DNA from: a bacterium
Lineage (GTDB): Bacteria; Hinthialibacterota; Hinthialibacteria; Hinthialibacterales; Hinthialibacteraceae
DNA length: 64,000 bases
NCBI GenBank assembly: GCA_963662285.2
Contig: CAXXMV010000002.1
Span: 896,001-960,000 of the forward strand
Direction: 5' to 3'
The notes below the pieces were generated by a model that was not told the DNA's origin, made no database searches, and worked only from the letters and a program-made list of their open reading frames with translations. Positions 52,078 to 63,305 of this stretch are shown one piece after another. The position numbers and the translations under genes were made by a program. How positions within the stretch are numbered: position 1 is the first letter of the stretch; each line of letters starts with the position of its first letter.

Positions 52078-53652
52078 CTAATATAAAAATTCCAATTCTA
52101 TTGCGCGGTAGACTCTGGGAATGCGATCCGTCTGAATGGTATCGAGTCCCTGATGAATTGCCTGGCGGTAATGCTCAACGGTTTCATGTTCTCCCATAGC
52201 GTCGGAAAATAGTTGGATTTGTTTTTGATGCGCCTGGGTTATCAGTGATTTTGTGAGGATAGACCAACTTGTATCAAAAGCGAAAGGCTTGATTCGCTCA
52301 GCGCGAGGATTCAAATCGGCTGGTTGTCCCAGGGAAGGCATTAGCTTTGCGTTCGGCGCCAAGCGGCGTATTTCCAAGAGAACTTCAGGCGATCCATAAA
52401 AAACTGCGCCATCGAGTTTTTGGTAGGTTCGTAAAACGGCAATAAGTTTTTCGGCGTCTATATCTTTGCAGTCCACATAAAGATTCACGTCACGATGATT
52501 TGGTTCAGCAATGGTTTGAGAACTACTTTGATTGAGCAATATACAAATTTCTTCGATGGTGGGTACTTTCTCATTTTTATAACCAACGCCGAACCATGCC
52601 CCGGCGGAAAGCGCTCGAAGATCATCAAAAGAGATTTGGTTCACCGGGCCGGTTCCATTAGTAGTCCGATCAAGGGTTCGGTCGTGGAGAGAAATTAAAT
52701 GGCCGTCTTTGGTCCTACGCACGTCGATTTCAAAATAATCCACTCGCAGTTCAATGGCTTTTTTATAAGCGGCTAAAGTATTTTCCGGGGCGAACTGGTT
52801 GGCGCCTCGATGAGATGCAACTTTGACGGGACGCTTTCCACCGGTTCGGTAATCAAGGTATTCAGATAATACGTTTTCTCCATAATCGGTGTGAATCCAG
52901 TCTACGCCCATATTGAAGCAATTACGCCAAACGCGAGGATTGTCGCGTTTTCCAAGGGTTTGCGCCTGGACGATCACCCCGGATTTATGAAAGGCCTGAA
53001 CCAAGTCAGCTGTGAGCAAATCGGCATGAATTTCTACCGATGCTGGATGAAGCCGTTCTATCCAGTATGCCGCATCTAACCGCTCATTGATACTTGGCAT
53101 CACAGCAATCTTCCCATTTGACAACCGATTGATCTCTTCTAATTTTTCCGGGGAATCGAAAACTACAACCTGTCGTTCCATCCCTGCTTCGATTATCTCA
53201 TTAACTAATTGCTGCGGATCAGTAGTTTTACAATCGAGGTATAGGTTTATCTTCCCCTGGCAGAATTTCAGCGCTTCATTCAGGGTTGGAATCCGGGCGC
53301 CTGCATAACGAGGCGCAAACCAGGCGCCTGCATCTAATTGTCTTAACGCTTCTAAATCAATATCAGCGATGCGTCCAGTGCCATTCGTCGTTCGGTCGAG
53401 TGTGGCATCATGTAAAAGCATATGACGCCCGTCGCCGCTTAAACGAACATCGATCTCAACCCATTCTATTTCTGCGTCAATCGCGGCCTGCAAAGCAGGG
53501 ATTGTATTTTCTGGAGCGGATTCGGTAATCCCCCGATGCACAATAACCTGTAATCCTCTTGGCGGGATTAACGGTTGAAAAAAATCAGCTGAATAAGACG
53601 ATAATGAAAGGAATAAAAAACTAGTAATAAGGCAATACTTGAATCGGAACAT
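52078..53652 (-). CDS. Secreted glycerophosphodiester phosphodiesterase with two GDPD domains
   Basis: Two HRG...PENT...EIDV...HD.TLDRTT units; signal peptide. Confidence 0.9.
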   Translation of the reverse strand: MFRFKYCLITSFLFLSLSSYSADFFQPLIPPRGLQVIVHRGITESAPENTIPALQAAIDAEIEWVEIDVRLSGDGRHMLLHDATLDRTTNGTGRIADIDLEALRQLDAGAWFAPRYAGARIPTLNEALKFCQGKINLYLDCKTTDPQQLVNEIIEAGMERQVVVFDSPEKLEEINRLSNGKIAVMPSINERLDAAYWIERLHPASVEIHADLLTADLVQAFHKSGVIVQAQTLGKRDNPRVWRNCFNMGVDWIHTDYGENVLSEYLDYRTGGKRPVKVASHRGANQFAPENTLAAYKKAIELRVDYFEIDVRRTKDGHLISLHDRTLDRTTNGTGPVNQISFDDLRALSAGAWFGVGYKNEKVPTIEEICILLNQSSSQTIAEPNHRDVNLYVDCKDIDAEKLIAVLRTYQKLDGAVFYGSPEVLLEIRRLAPNAKLMPSLGQPADLNPRAERIKPFAFDTSWSILTKSLITQAHQKQIQLFSDAMGEHETVEHYRQAIHQGLDTIQTDRIPRVYRAIELEFLY

Positions 53653-53958
53653 AAGAAATAGACCTTTATAAAAATAAAATAGTAAATTAACAGGTTCTTA
53701 TGAATGAAAATATGTCATGTTTCTTAGTATAAATAAGGATTGCAAACTCAATCGCTCTCGTTTTTCGATAAGATAATCATACTCTGGTTAAAAGTCAAAT
53801 TCTAAAATTATTCTAAAATCATAATATATCGCCATATATATCATATCTGTTTGATTTTGTATAGCAGATAATTCACAACGGTGGATTTGACTGTATCAAG
53901 GGGGATTGGCTCAGGTGATTTTGATTGTATAAATTTAGTTAATGATCAAGTACAAGGC

Positions 53959-54158
53959 TTTTGCATCCGCATAAGAGGATTCAGAATATATTGAACAGTG
54001 ATGATTTATGATTTATGATTTACGATTTACACCCAATTGTGAGCAAACATTTTTACACGAAATCGCTTCTTCACACCGCTTGAAAATAGCCATTTCCAGC
54101 TGTTTTTCTTTTATTGAGAGATCACCATGCCGCTTGAGCGTCATCCTGAAATCCAACC
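53959..54158 (+). repeat. Degenerate ~200-bp direct repeat, copy 2; contains a 7-bp tandem repeat (ATGATTT)x3-ACGATTT at 54001..54028
   Basis: Collinear similarity with 48038..48352. Confidence 0.8.
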
Positions 54159-54328
54159 GCCATTTGCGCTCATCGACATTTGGTTTGACAATCCTGTTTA
54201 TCTCATAATGCAATTGAATGAATAGTACACTCAATAGAATCTCTCTAATTCTTGTTTCTAGTCAATATATTATATATACTGAAAAATCGATTTTGATATA
54301 ACTATAGTTCTACTGGAAGGATTCCTAT

Positions 54329-55510
54329 ATGAGAATCCCTGTAAAAAAATTGGGCGCTTCTAAGTTTCCTTTATTCTTTCTTGTAACTTATGCCATCTTA
54401 CTGCTATCCACTAATTTGAATACATTTGCACAGGTTGAAAAACTTGAAGTTGGTCCATTCAAACTTGGTGGAGCAGTACGTGCGAACTTGTTTTATAAAG
54501 ATTGGAATCACTTAGAACGATTGGATTTGGATACTGTACGTTTGAACCTTGAGTTCGAAATGCAGGATTTCATTGGCTCCGCCGAATATCGATATTATTA
54601 CTATCAGGACATCGAGCGAAGTACTCACATGTTACATCATAGTTGGCTGGGATATCGTTTTACAGAATCAGACCAAATACATCTCGGCGTTCATCAGGTT
54701 CCTTTCGGCATACTACCCTACGCATCGCATAACTGGTTTTTTCAACTCCCTTATTATGTTGGATTGGAAGACGATTACGATCTTGGAGCAAAATACATAC
54801 ACCAGGATGACAATTGGAACTTCCACCTTGCGTATTATGCTGAAGATGAAGGGCATTATAACGGAAGAAGCAACGACAGCGCTCGATATTCATACGATCT
54901 GGTTACTGAAGGCCTCGCACAAAATGAAGAAAAAAATCAGTTCAACCTGCGATACGCTTATACCTGGACTCATTCTGAAAATCACGCCAGCGAATTGGGC
55001 GTATCGTTACAATTAGGTCAAATCCACAACCGCTTGACGCATGACGACGGCAATCAATACGCAGTCGCTCTACATCTCAACGAAACATGGAATCGATGGA
55101 ATGCCATGTTCGAAATAATCCGCTATGAAAATTCCTTGCGTAATCCTATAGGTCAACGTGATGATTTCGTGTTAATGGGGGCTTATGATTTTCCATATCA
55201 AGTCGCCAGCAGCGCCAGCATATACACAGTCGGTATAGGTTACACAATTCCAATTAAAGATTCGTTTGTAGATTCAGTGACATTTTATGATGATTTCAGT
55301 TTTATGCATAAAGACAAAGCAGATTTTCTCAGCAGTTGGCAAAATGTTGTAGGAGCATCCGTGTCCGCCGGGAACTTTTTCATATATTTCGACGTGGCGT
55401 CCGGTCGAAATCATTCCTGGTTAGGTCCTGATTGGACTGAATCTTTTTCTTCTGGTGGAGACGATAACTGGCATACCCGTTTTAATATTAACATCGGTTT
55501 CTATATTTAA
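54329..55510 (+). CDS. Outer-membrane beta-barrel / putative porin
   Basis: Signal peptide, amphipathic beta strands, QVPFGILPYASHNWF, C-terminal RFNINIGFYI. Confidence 0.75.
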   Translation: MRIPVKKLGASKFPLFFLVTYAILLLSTNLNTFAQVEKLEVGPFKLGGAVRANLFYKDWNHLERLDLDTVRLNLEFEMQDFIGSAEYRYYYYQDIERSTHMLHHSWLGYRFTESDQIHLGVHQVPFGILPYASHNWFFQLPYYVGLEDDYDLGAKYIHQDDNWNFHLAYYAEDEGHYNGRSNDSARYSYDLVTEGLAQNEEKNQFNLRYAYTWTHSENHASELGVSLQLGQIHNRLTHDDGNQYAVALHLNETWNRWNAMFEIIRYENSLRNPIGQRDDFVLMGAYDFPYQVASSASIYTVGIGYTIPIKDSFVDSVTFYDDFSFMHKDKADFLSSWQNVVGASVSAGNFFIYFDVASGRNHSWLGPDWTESFSSGGDDNWHTRFNINIGFYI

Positions 55511-55547
55511 GGTGCGTTTATGAATTTTTTCCCTTTATCTATTATCA

Positions 55548-56297
55548 TCAGGTTGGCTTGGAAACAGTAATAATCGGATCAATCATTCCCATATCGCCCA
55601 AATCCCGAAGTGTTTCTAAATGTTTAATATTCAATGTAATTCCTTCAACAACAAAAATTTGATTACCATCTTTGCTACACACCGGACGCGCTAGAACCTG
55701 TCCAGATTTGGCGTCATTGATATTAATGGTCATGACATCGTGAGAAATAATCACACATTGCCCGGATTCTTTTACTATAGAGGAATCTTCAACCTGCGAT
55801 GACGCGTTATGTTCCAGGATATCCCGAATACGCGTATCAACATCCAAGGCTTCGTATTCGGATATCTCTTTCAAACTGGAATCATCCATTGGATCATGCG
55901 TTTTGAAGATGCGCAGAAGCCGGTCGGTCAAAGTTTGTTTGGTAACCGGTTTCAAGACAAAAGAGTTTACGTCCAGTTGAATGGCCAGCTCCACCAAGGC
56001 GCTGTCACTGTGACCGGTTAACATCAATACGGGCAGATTACGACGGATGTTTTTATGGCCGGTACGGATATGCTTCAACAACAGCAGTCCATGCATAATA
56101 GGCATGTTGAAATCGGCAATTACGCAATGGATGCTGTGCGATCTTTCTTCTAACAGGCTAAGAGCTTCTATACCATTGGTTGCGCTATAAGTTTGCGGAT
56201 CGCCCATGTTTTTTAACAAACGCAAAACTGTAATCCTGGAGAAATTATGGTCATCTACAATTAGAAATGTACGGGTGGGAAATGTAATACCGCCCAT
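55548..56297 (-). CDS. Response regulator (REC plus short C-terminal module)
   Basis: IVDD, DFNMP, LTG and KP motifs. Confidence 0.9.
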   Translation of the reverse strand: MGGITFPTRTFLIVDDHNFSRITVLRLLKNMGDPQTYSATNGIEALSLLEERSHSIHCVIADFNMPIMHGLLLLKHIRTGHKNIRRNLPVLMLTGHSDSALVELAIQLDVNSFVLKPVTKQTLTDRLLRIFKTHDPMDDSSLKEISEYEALDVDTRIRDILEHNASSQVEDSSIVKESGQCVIISHDVMTININDAKSGQVLARPVCSKDGNQIFVVEGITLNIKHLETLRDLGDMGMIDPIITVSKPT

Positions 56298-56302
56298 CGG
56301 TT

Positions 56303-59300
56303 TTACCTCTTATTTTTTAGAGTTACGATAAAATTTTCAACTTCGCTGTATTGTTCTCGGGCGGTTTGAAATTCCGAACGAAGATCATCCCACGACTGCT
56401 CCATAGCGCCCAGTTGTAATTGTTTCATTGTTTCAGATAAAGTCATAGCGGCTGCGTTCCCGGCTCCACCTTTGGCGCTATGCGCGTTATCGCGAAGCAT
56501 TGAACGGTCTTCTGATTCAAAGGCTATTTCGATATTTTGCATGAGTCCATCAAAGTCCTCAACAAAATATTCGAGCATTTCTACCAATCCTTCATCATCC
56601 TCTTCCCCCAGGATTTCCTTGAGTTGTTCTAAATCGACCGGTGGAGAGACCTCTACATTGGAATTGGATTCGGCGGGTGGAGAAGATTCGTCCATTCGGA
56701 AAGGCTCAGTCAGGATCGGCGTTTCTTCCCGTTCGTCAGGCGCCTCCACAGGAATTTGATCCTGGGGAAGCCAGTGAGAGAGTTTTTGGGCAAGGCTTTC
56801 GAGAGTAATCGGCTTGGTTGCGACATCGTCCATTCCTGCTTTAAAGCAGGCTTCGACATCTTCTTTCATTACATTCGCGGTCATAGCGATTATAGGCATG
56901 CGTGTGCCGCGTTCGGCTTCCCACTCACGATAGGCCTGGGCGAACTCGTACCCGTTCATTTCCGGCATATTAATATCAGTGAAGATGAGAAGATAAGTTC
57001 CGTTTTGGGCGCGTTGAAGGCCTTCCCGCCCATTGTTCGCCGTCTCACATTGTAAACCGAATGCATCAAGTTGTTTTTTAGCAACCTGCCGGTTCATGGG
57101 CAGGTCGTCAATTACTAATATGGGCGTTTCGAATTTCGCCGCCCGAATCCTCTGAAGAATTTCATTGGAATCACCCGCAGATTCCCCACCCTCATAAATG
57201 AATTCTATATTCAAATACTTGTGAAGCTGGTCGAATATCTCAGATTCCTTGAATGGTTTGCGCAAGAAATCATCGCAACCCGCTTCAATCACCTTCTTAC
57301 GGTCATCTTCAAATGCGCTGGCCGTAAGAGCAACAATGATAGGCCCGATTCCCTCTGATTCTCTCTTAATAATACGGGTGGCTTCGATTCCATCCATGAC
57401 CGGCATTAGTAAGTCCATCCATATCAAAGATGGTTTCTGTTCCCGCCACAAACGAATGGCTTCTTCACCATTCACCGCTTCAATTACAATAAAGCCCACC
57501 CTCTCCAACAATTCTGTAAGTAATTTCCGATTTTCTTCTTTGTCATCAACTACCAGAAGCGTATGGGCGGGCTGTCCTGGCTGGATGCCGGTTACGCGAG
57601 TTGGAGTAAAAATTGACTGATCCTTCACATCTCCGGCGCCAACCACAGGCACGGAAATATCAAATCCGAAACAAGTGCCAACATCCACCTTGCTTCGAAC
57701 CGTAAGTTCCCCTCCCATAATCCTGACGAATTCCCGGCTGATGGCTAGGCCTAAGCCCGTTCCCTGTTGGGAATTCACACCACTGGAAGTTTGTGAAAAC
57801 GCTGAAAAGAGTTTCCCTATTTCATCTTCAGCAATACCGACTCCCGTATCTTCCACTTCGATAATTAAAGAACCTTTGCTTTCATTCTTACTTTCAAAAC
57901 CAGCTCGTAAACTTATGCCGCCCTCATGAGTGAATTTTACGGCGTTGCCCAGCAGGTTTACGATGATTTGACGAATTTTCTTCTCATCACCTCGTATATA
58001 GCGCGGGACTTCACCAACATGCTCGATCAATAATGAAAGCCCCCGCTCCTCCACGCGCATGCAAAACATATCTTCCATATCTTTGATTACGCGATGCAAA
58101 TCGAAATTGGATTCATCTAGTTGGATGCGTCCCGCTTCGATTTTAGACATATCCAGAATGTCGTTGATCAGGTTTAAAAGGTGGTCGCCGCTGCGGCAGA
58201 TAATATCAAGGTTCTCCCGTTGCTCGCTGCCCAATACCGGATCCCGTTGTAATAACTGGGAAAAACCGATTATGGCATTCATGGGAGTACGGATTTCGTG
58301 AGACATGTTAGCGAGAAAGGAACTCTTGGCATGGTTGGCGTCTTCAGCGGCTAATCGTGCATGAACCAGTTCTTCTTCCGCTTTTTTACGCGCATGAATT
58401 TCATGCGAAAGCCGCCGGTTCCACCATAATCCTATAACCAATAAAACCACAAAACCGCCAACAATGCGGAAAATAAGGCCGTAATCAATCCTTTGAATAA
58501 AAACATCATTGCGATCCCAATGGCTGAGGATATCACGGTGCTCTTCCGGTTCCATAGACTGAAGGACTTTGTTGATAATATCGCGAAGCAGGGGCCAGTC
58601 TTGCCGTACGGCCAGGGTGATTTCCATATCAATTCCCAGCGTTCCCGCAATTTCTATATTGTGCATGCCCAACTCTTTAATCATGTAACTGCCTAATCCA
58701 AGCGCACAAACCAGCGTATCAATCTGTCCGCTTGAGACGGCTTTCAAACCTTCTTCTATATTCTCGACCTCCTGAAACTTGATATCAGGCCAAGTCTTAT
58801 ATAGACGGTTCAGGTAGCCGTAGCCCTTTATGACAGCGATGCTCCCACTAGAAACTTGATTGAGATCAGTGACAAAGATATCACTTTTTTTACGGATTGC
58901 AGCGATGGGATTCGATATATAAGGCTTTACGAAATCAAACTTGGATTGGAGAGTTGTGGAACCGACAGTTTGAGAAATAATATCTACATCACTATTCAGC
59001 GCCATCTCAATCGCTCCACTCCAACTGGGCGGGGATATACGCTGAATGGTTATTCCCAAACGCTCTTCGATAAGAGTGAGATAATCATTAACAATTCCGA
59101 TACATTGACCTTCACCGGTAAAAGATTCGTATGGAAGCCACATCGGAGCGCCAGTAAAACGGATATCCGGATGCTCTTCCAGCCAGTCTTTTTCCTCATC
59201 CGTTAGTTCAATGGTCTTCGCGTCGGCTTGAATTTTTGCCGCCAGGCTGAACGGGATCCAATTACTTTTGATGCGGTTGTGATCGGCGGCTGAAAGATCA

Positions 59301-60040
59301 TCCAATACCACGCTGATGATTTCATGCAATTCCGGCCAGTCTTTACGTATGCCCATGTGAACATCAAGTGAGTCGAACGGAGCGGGGACAGTGGCTTCAA
59401 TCCCGCTAAGTGAGTATTCGTTAATCGCATAACCAGTCGAGTTAATATCACCAATATAAGCAGAAGCCGTTCCCGTAATGAGTGTAAGCAATGCTTCCCG
59501 GATCGAGAGTCGGGTGATTATGGGAATAGCAGGATGCCCGCTTTTCATTTCCTCCACGGTGCTGTATCCTTCTACCAGAGCAACCGTTCTGCCTTTCAGG
59601 TCGTCAAAACTCTGTATCTCCTGTTGCCCGGCAAGTGTGAAAACAAAATTTGTTACCCTGTTATAGGAGGGTGTATAGAGCAAAAATGTTTCCCGCTCTG
59701 AATTACGGTACAGCGCTGGTAAAATATCAACTTTTCGATCTCTCGCCAATTGTAGTAGCGTATTCCAACTTTTTTCAATATGGAATTTAAATTGAAGGCC
59801 TGTGCGTTTTGAAATGATTTTCAGGTATTCTTCCGCAATCCCCTGGTACCGTCCCTGGTTATCGATAAAGTCATAGGGCGCCCAGTCGGTTTCACAACCA
59901 ACGGTGATTGTATGGTTTTCTTCGAGCCACGCTTGGGCTTCGGGTGAGAGAGATTCAAGAAATGCTGAATCAGGTTCAGAAAAGGAAACAGAGATTGATA
60001 ATGTGGCTATAGTAACAGATAGAAGCAGAATTCGAGTCAC
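56303..60040 (-). CDS. BvgS/EvgS-like hybrid sensor kinase (2 periplasmic SBP domains, HisKA, HATPase, 2 REC, HPt)
   Basis: WAPY and WLPY SBP units, [24 protein letters not shown], two receiver domains, AHSAKG. Confidence 0.93.
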   Translation of the reverse strand: MTRILLLSVTIATLSISVSFSEPDSAFLESLSPEAQAWLEENHTITVGCETDWAPYDFIDNQGRYQGIAEEYLKIISKRTGLQFKFHIEKSWNTLLQLARDRKVDILPALYRNSERETFLLYTPSYNRVTNFVFTLAGQQEIQSFDDLKGRTVALVEGYSTVEEMKSGHPAIPIITRLSIREALLTLITGTASAYIGDINSTGYAINEYSLSGIEATVPAPFDSLDVHMGIRKDWPELHEIISVVLDDLSAADHNRIKSNWIPFSLAAKIQADAKTIELTDEEKDWLEEHPDIRFTGAPMWLPYESFTGEGQCIGIVNDYLTLIEERLGITIQRISPPSWSGAIEMALNSDVDIISQTVGSTTLQSKFDFVKPYISNPIAAIRKKSDIFVTDLNQVSSGSIAVIKGYGYLNRLYKTWPDIKFQEVENIEEGLKAVSSGQIDTLVCALGLGSYMIKELGMHNIEIAGTLGIDMEITLAVRQDWPLLRDIINKVLQSMEPEEHRDILSHWDRNDVFIQRIDYGLIFRIVGGFVVLLVIGLWWNRRLSHEIHARKKAEEELVHARLAAEDANHAKSSFLANMSHEIRTPMNAIIGFSQLLQRDPVLGSEQRENLDIICRSGDHLLNLINDILDMSKIEAGRIQLDESNFDLHRVIKDMEDMFCMRVEERGLSLLIEHVGEVPRYIRGDEKKIRQIIVNLLGNAVKFTHEGGISLRAGFESKNESKGSLIIEVEDTGVGIAEDEIGKLFSAFSQTSSGVNSQQGTGLGLAISREFVRIMGGELTVRSKVDVGTCFGFDISVPVVGAGDVKDQSIFTPTRVTGIQPGQPAHTLLVVDDKEENRKLLTELLERVGFIVIEAVNGEEAIRLWREQKPSLIWMDLLMPVMDGIEATRIIKRESEGIGPIIVALTASAFEDDRKKVIEAGCDDFLRKPFKESEIFDQLHKYLNIEFIYEGGESAGDSNEILQRIRAAKFETPILVIDDLPMNRQVAKKQLDAFGLQCETANNGREGLQRAQNGTYLLIFTDINMPEMNGYEFAQAYREWEAERGTRMPIIAMTANVMKEDVEACFKAGMDDVATKPITLESLAQKLSHWLPQDQIPVEAPDEREETPILTEPFRMDESSPPAESNSNVEVSPPVDLEQLKEILGEEDDEGLVEMLEYFVEDFDGLMQNIEIAFESEDRSMLRDNAHSAKGGAGNAAAMTLSETMKQLQLGAMEQSWDDLRSEFQTAREQYSEVENFIVTLKNKR

Positions 60041-60960
60041 GATGCCTCCTGAAGAAGGATATCAATAGCATAATAATAATTTAGTCTCAATACGGTATAA
60101 TATCTTGTAATACTAGGTGATAGAATATCAGGGATTTTCGATTTTGAATAGGAATATCACTCCTTGGATCTAATGATTATCTCAAAATTTGAAATTCCCT
60201 ATTTAGTAAAGGAGTAAGGCTAAAATTTTCAAGTATAATGATTATGTAAACGCATGCCTTGATATCTAAGATTTTTAATTCTAATAAATTTTGATTTAGA
60301 TCTTATCTAGGTATCGCGAAGTTACAACCAATTTCTACTGATGTATCCGTAGATAAGGCGTTTTAATATGTAAGCAAGTCTAAGTGATCATAACTAATTG
60401 ATTAGGGTATATTTGTCATTACTACAATTCGTTACTATGGATCAGAATGCTCCAGGATCAGACTTCCTGAACTCACCCGTGGTTCTCGCGGGATTTTGTT
60501 AGGATAATCTGGTTGGGAAGCAAATCATCCTGAGATTGAGAGACTCTCCAGTGCGTGAGGGAGTTAACAAATTCCGCAGACCTTATTACCTCTATTCGCA
60601 TCAGGCGAAGGATTAATATCCGAGTTGATTTCCTATCAAAAATGATTCTCCCTTCCTACCAAAATTCGCATTTGTTGGATGCGAGTTGTTCCCGCTCATC
60701 AAGCCCACAATATAAAATCTTTCAAGATCAATGGAATTTCCGCTTGAATTATATCCATATTGGTTCCATTCTTAGATATGTGTGATACAAAGATGAAATA
60801 ATGTAAGAATATAACCTCAATAATAGCAGGAAAGTATTAATTGTTGGATGTAAGTTTGACATCTATAGATAGTATGTATTTGGTCTGTTGCATACTCATA
60901 ATGAATTCTGATCAACTCGCCTTCATTGGCAACAATCAATAATCCAGGACGGAGAGAGCC

Positions 60961-62946
60961 ATGTTGCTCATGCTTACATTTATTTTTTTGTTAATAGTGG
61001 GATCGATTGCAGAAGCCGAACCGACGATATTCAAGTCATGGGAGTTTGATAGGTGGAACGATCAACAGGGCTGGAATGTACCGTCAGCGTTAGGTGGATC
61101 CGTTATGGGAAGTGGGATTTGGTTGCATATCCAAATGTTGCCGGAACATACGCAGGAGTTAACGTGGCGTCAACTCATTTGGCTTCCGCATCCTCCGTTA
61201 TCTTTGGTATCACCCTCAGGTCTCGGTATAGATACGGCATACGCCACGAAGGTTAGGTTGCGTGTCTTGAACCAATCTCCTGAAACGGATGGCTTGTTCA
61301 TCTGGCGCACGACATCAGCACCGGATGAGAATGCGGGAACCGTGCGTTTCACAATGCAACCTATGTGCGACAAGTGGCAGGATGTAGTGGTCGACATGGA
61401 TAACCGATGGTCGGGTGTTGTAGACCAAATACGCATATTACCGGCGCTGATTGGAACTTCGGGCGACATGTGGATCTCGCGGATTGCCCTGACTGATGGG
61501 GCTCCGGCCCCGACAAAGGCGCGTCCGGATGTGATTAGCGCTACTGTCATTCCCCGGATTACGCTGCCAGATATTGACCAGTCGGCATTTGCCGATGCGT
61601 TCAAGGTGCTTGACGAATGTCTGATCAACAATGCGCCTGTACATGGTTTTACCGAGCCGGTCATGGGGCCAGGTGGCGCCTATGGGGAAAACTGGTGGCA
61701 ACTGGATTCGTCTTTGACGTGCGATGGGGCAAAGTGGGTCAACCAATCTTTCGCAGAAGGAGTGCTTAGGGGATTCGCTTCAGTGCAATCGCAAAATCCG
61801 GATGGCAGAATCGATCTGTGGGGTGGCGCCCCAAGCCGGGGAATGCCAGCCTTGGCGAGTAGCATCCCACGTCTTTTTGAGGTGGGCTATCGGATAGCAC
61901 GGCGCAGCAGCGATGACGGAGTAAGGCGATTGGCGTTTGAGGTTCTCAGCAAGTATCTGGATTGGTGGCTTTCTCCAGTCAAGCATGATACTCAAACGGG
62001 TTTGATTACCTATGCTTTTGAGGAAACCTTTTGTGAGCCTATCGATACTCCGCAGACAATGGCTCCAGTAGATCTGCAGGTGGCCGTTGCGATTGGATGC
62101 TCCTATGTGAGTAAACTTGCGGAGTGGGTGGGCGAGATCGATGCGGCGAATCGATACCAGAAGGCTTTTGAATACCTGAAGAATGCCATCAATAAGTATT
62201 GTTGGGATGAGGAAGACGGAGCATACTACAACTTTAATGTAAAGACGCTGACTCGCAGTAAACGTCTGATCGTATCGACGTTTGATCCATTACGACTTGG
62301 CATCGCACCTGATGAACGCGTCGCGCGTCTCTTGCAGAAACTGACTGATCCAGCACTTTTCAATTGGGGAATCCGACCGCTAACGAGCCTTGCGAAGACG
62401 GAGCAGGACTATGTGGAGGCTGAAGGTACCTACGACGGTCGGGCATGGTTTGGCGACATCTGGACGATGCGCAATATACCGGTAATTTTTGGTCTGCGAG
62501 ATTGCGGACATGACGAACTCGCAGCCCAACTGGCGTGGGACACCGTAAGAATTTTTAACGCAAATTACGCCGAATATGTGACGCCATCCAAAGGTAAGGG
62601 AGAGGGTGTCATGAGATACGGTTGGTCGGCTTCTCAGTACATTCAGGCGGTGATTGAGCATGTTTTTGGCATTGACTATGATGCAGTGAATAAGCGCCTG
62701 AGCATTGCACCGCTTCTGGTCCCTGAACTTCGTAGGTGTCGTATTGCGATCAAGGGATTACGTTTGCCGACGCCAGAAAACTCGCGGCTATCGGTCGTGA
62801 TTGCTCCACACGAAAATGGTGGAATCCAAGTTGATGTGGCGGTGGAGTCAGTACCAATTGGATTATCGCTAGTCATTCGACTCGACGGTGAAGTACAAGA
62901 GATGCCGCTTGGTTCCGAACAACGCATTGTTATTAAACAGCAGTAA
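60961..62946 (+). CDS. Secreted (alpha/alpha)6 glycoside hydrolase (MGH1/GH63-trehalase-like)
   Basis: WQLDS, APVDL, CWDEEDGAYY, W.G.IW, AEY and GWSA motifs; signal peptide. Confidence 0.75.
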   Translation: MLLMLTFIFLLIVGSIAEAEPTIFKSWEFDRWNDQQGWNVPSALGGSVMGSGIWLHIQMLPEHTQELTWRQLIWLPHPPLSLVSPSGLGIDTAYATKVRLRVLNQSPETDGLFIWRTTSAPDENAGTVRFTMQPMCDKWQDVVVDMDNRWSGVVDQIRILPALIGTSGDMWISRIALTDGAPAPTKARPDVISATVIPRITLPDIDQSAFADAFKVLDECLINNAPVHGFTEPVMGPGGAYGENWWQLDSSLTCDGAKWVNQSFAEGVLRGFASVQSQNPDGRIDLWGGAPSRGMPALASSIPRLFEVGYRIARRSSDDGVRRLAFEVLSKYLDWWLSPVKHDTQTGLITYAFEETFCEPIDTPQTMAPVDLQVAVAIGCSYVSKLAEWVGEIDAANRYQKAFEYLKNAINKYCWDEEDGAYYNFNVKTLTRSKRLIVSTFDPLRLGIAPDERVARLLQKLTDPALFNWGIRPLTSLAKTEQDYVEAEGTYDGRAWFGDIWTMRNIPVIFGLRDCGHDELAAQLAWDTVRIFNANYAEYVTPSKGKGEGVMRYGWSASQYIQAVIEHVFGIDYDAVNKRLSIAPLLVPELRRCRIAIKGLRLPTPENSRLSVVIAPHENGGIQVDVAVESVPIGLSLVIRLDGEVQEMPLGSEQRIVIKQQ

Positions 62947-63305
62947 TCCCTATTGTCACAACAGTCCAAAGGAATGCTGGCTAAAGTCTCCCCTTGTCTA
63001 GGACCATGGATTAACCATTTTCATGAAGAATCCTGGTATGTTGGATACGCTCCGAATACAATTCGTAAGAAGCATAATTTCGGAAATGAAGATAAAAGGC
63101 TCATTCCTTTAATGCGATAATGTTATTAAGTATATTGAGGCAGAGATCACAAAATGGAAAGTTCACTCTGATATATCAATCTTGTCTGGATCAAGACTGG
63201 TTATTAATCAGTAAATTGCACGATCATTGCACAATATGGATAATTGACAAAAATAAAGGTCATTTAGAAAAACTCTAAATGACCAAATATGAATTACTTA
63301 AATTA

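Noticed and set aside
54013-54234. 73-aa minus-strand ORF as a real gene
   Set aside because: Lies in the degenerate repeat; the other copy is frameshifted and the coding strand is ambiguous.
60343-60590. Third copy of the ~200-bp repeat (tgtatccgta...attgagaga)
   Set aside because: Only two short patches match and the spacing differs; needs a profile search.
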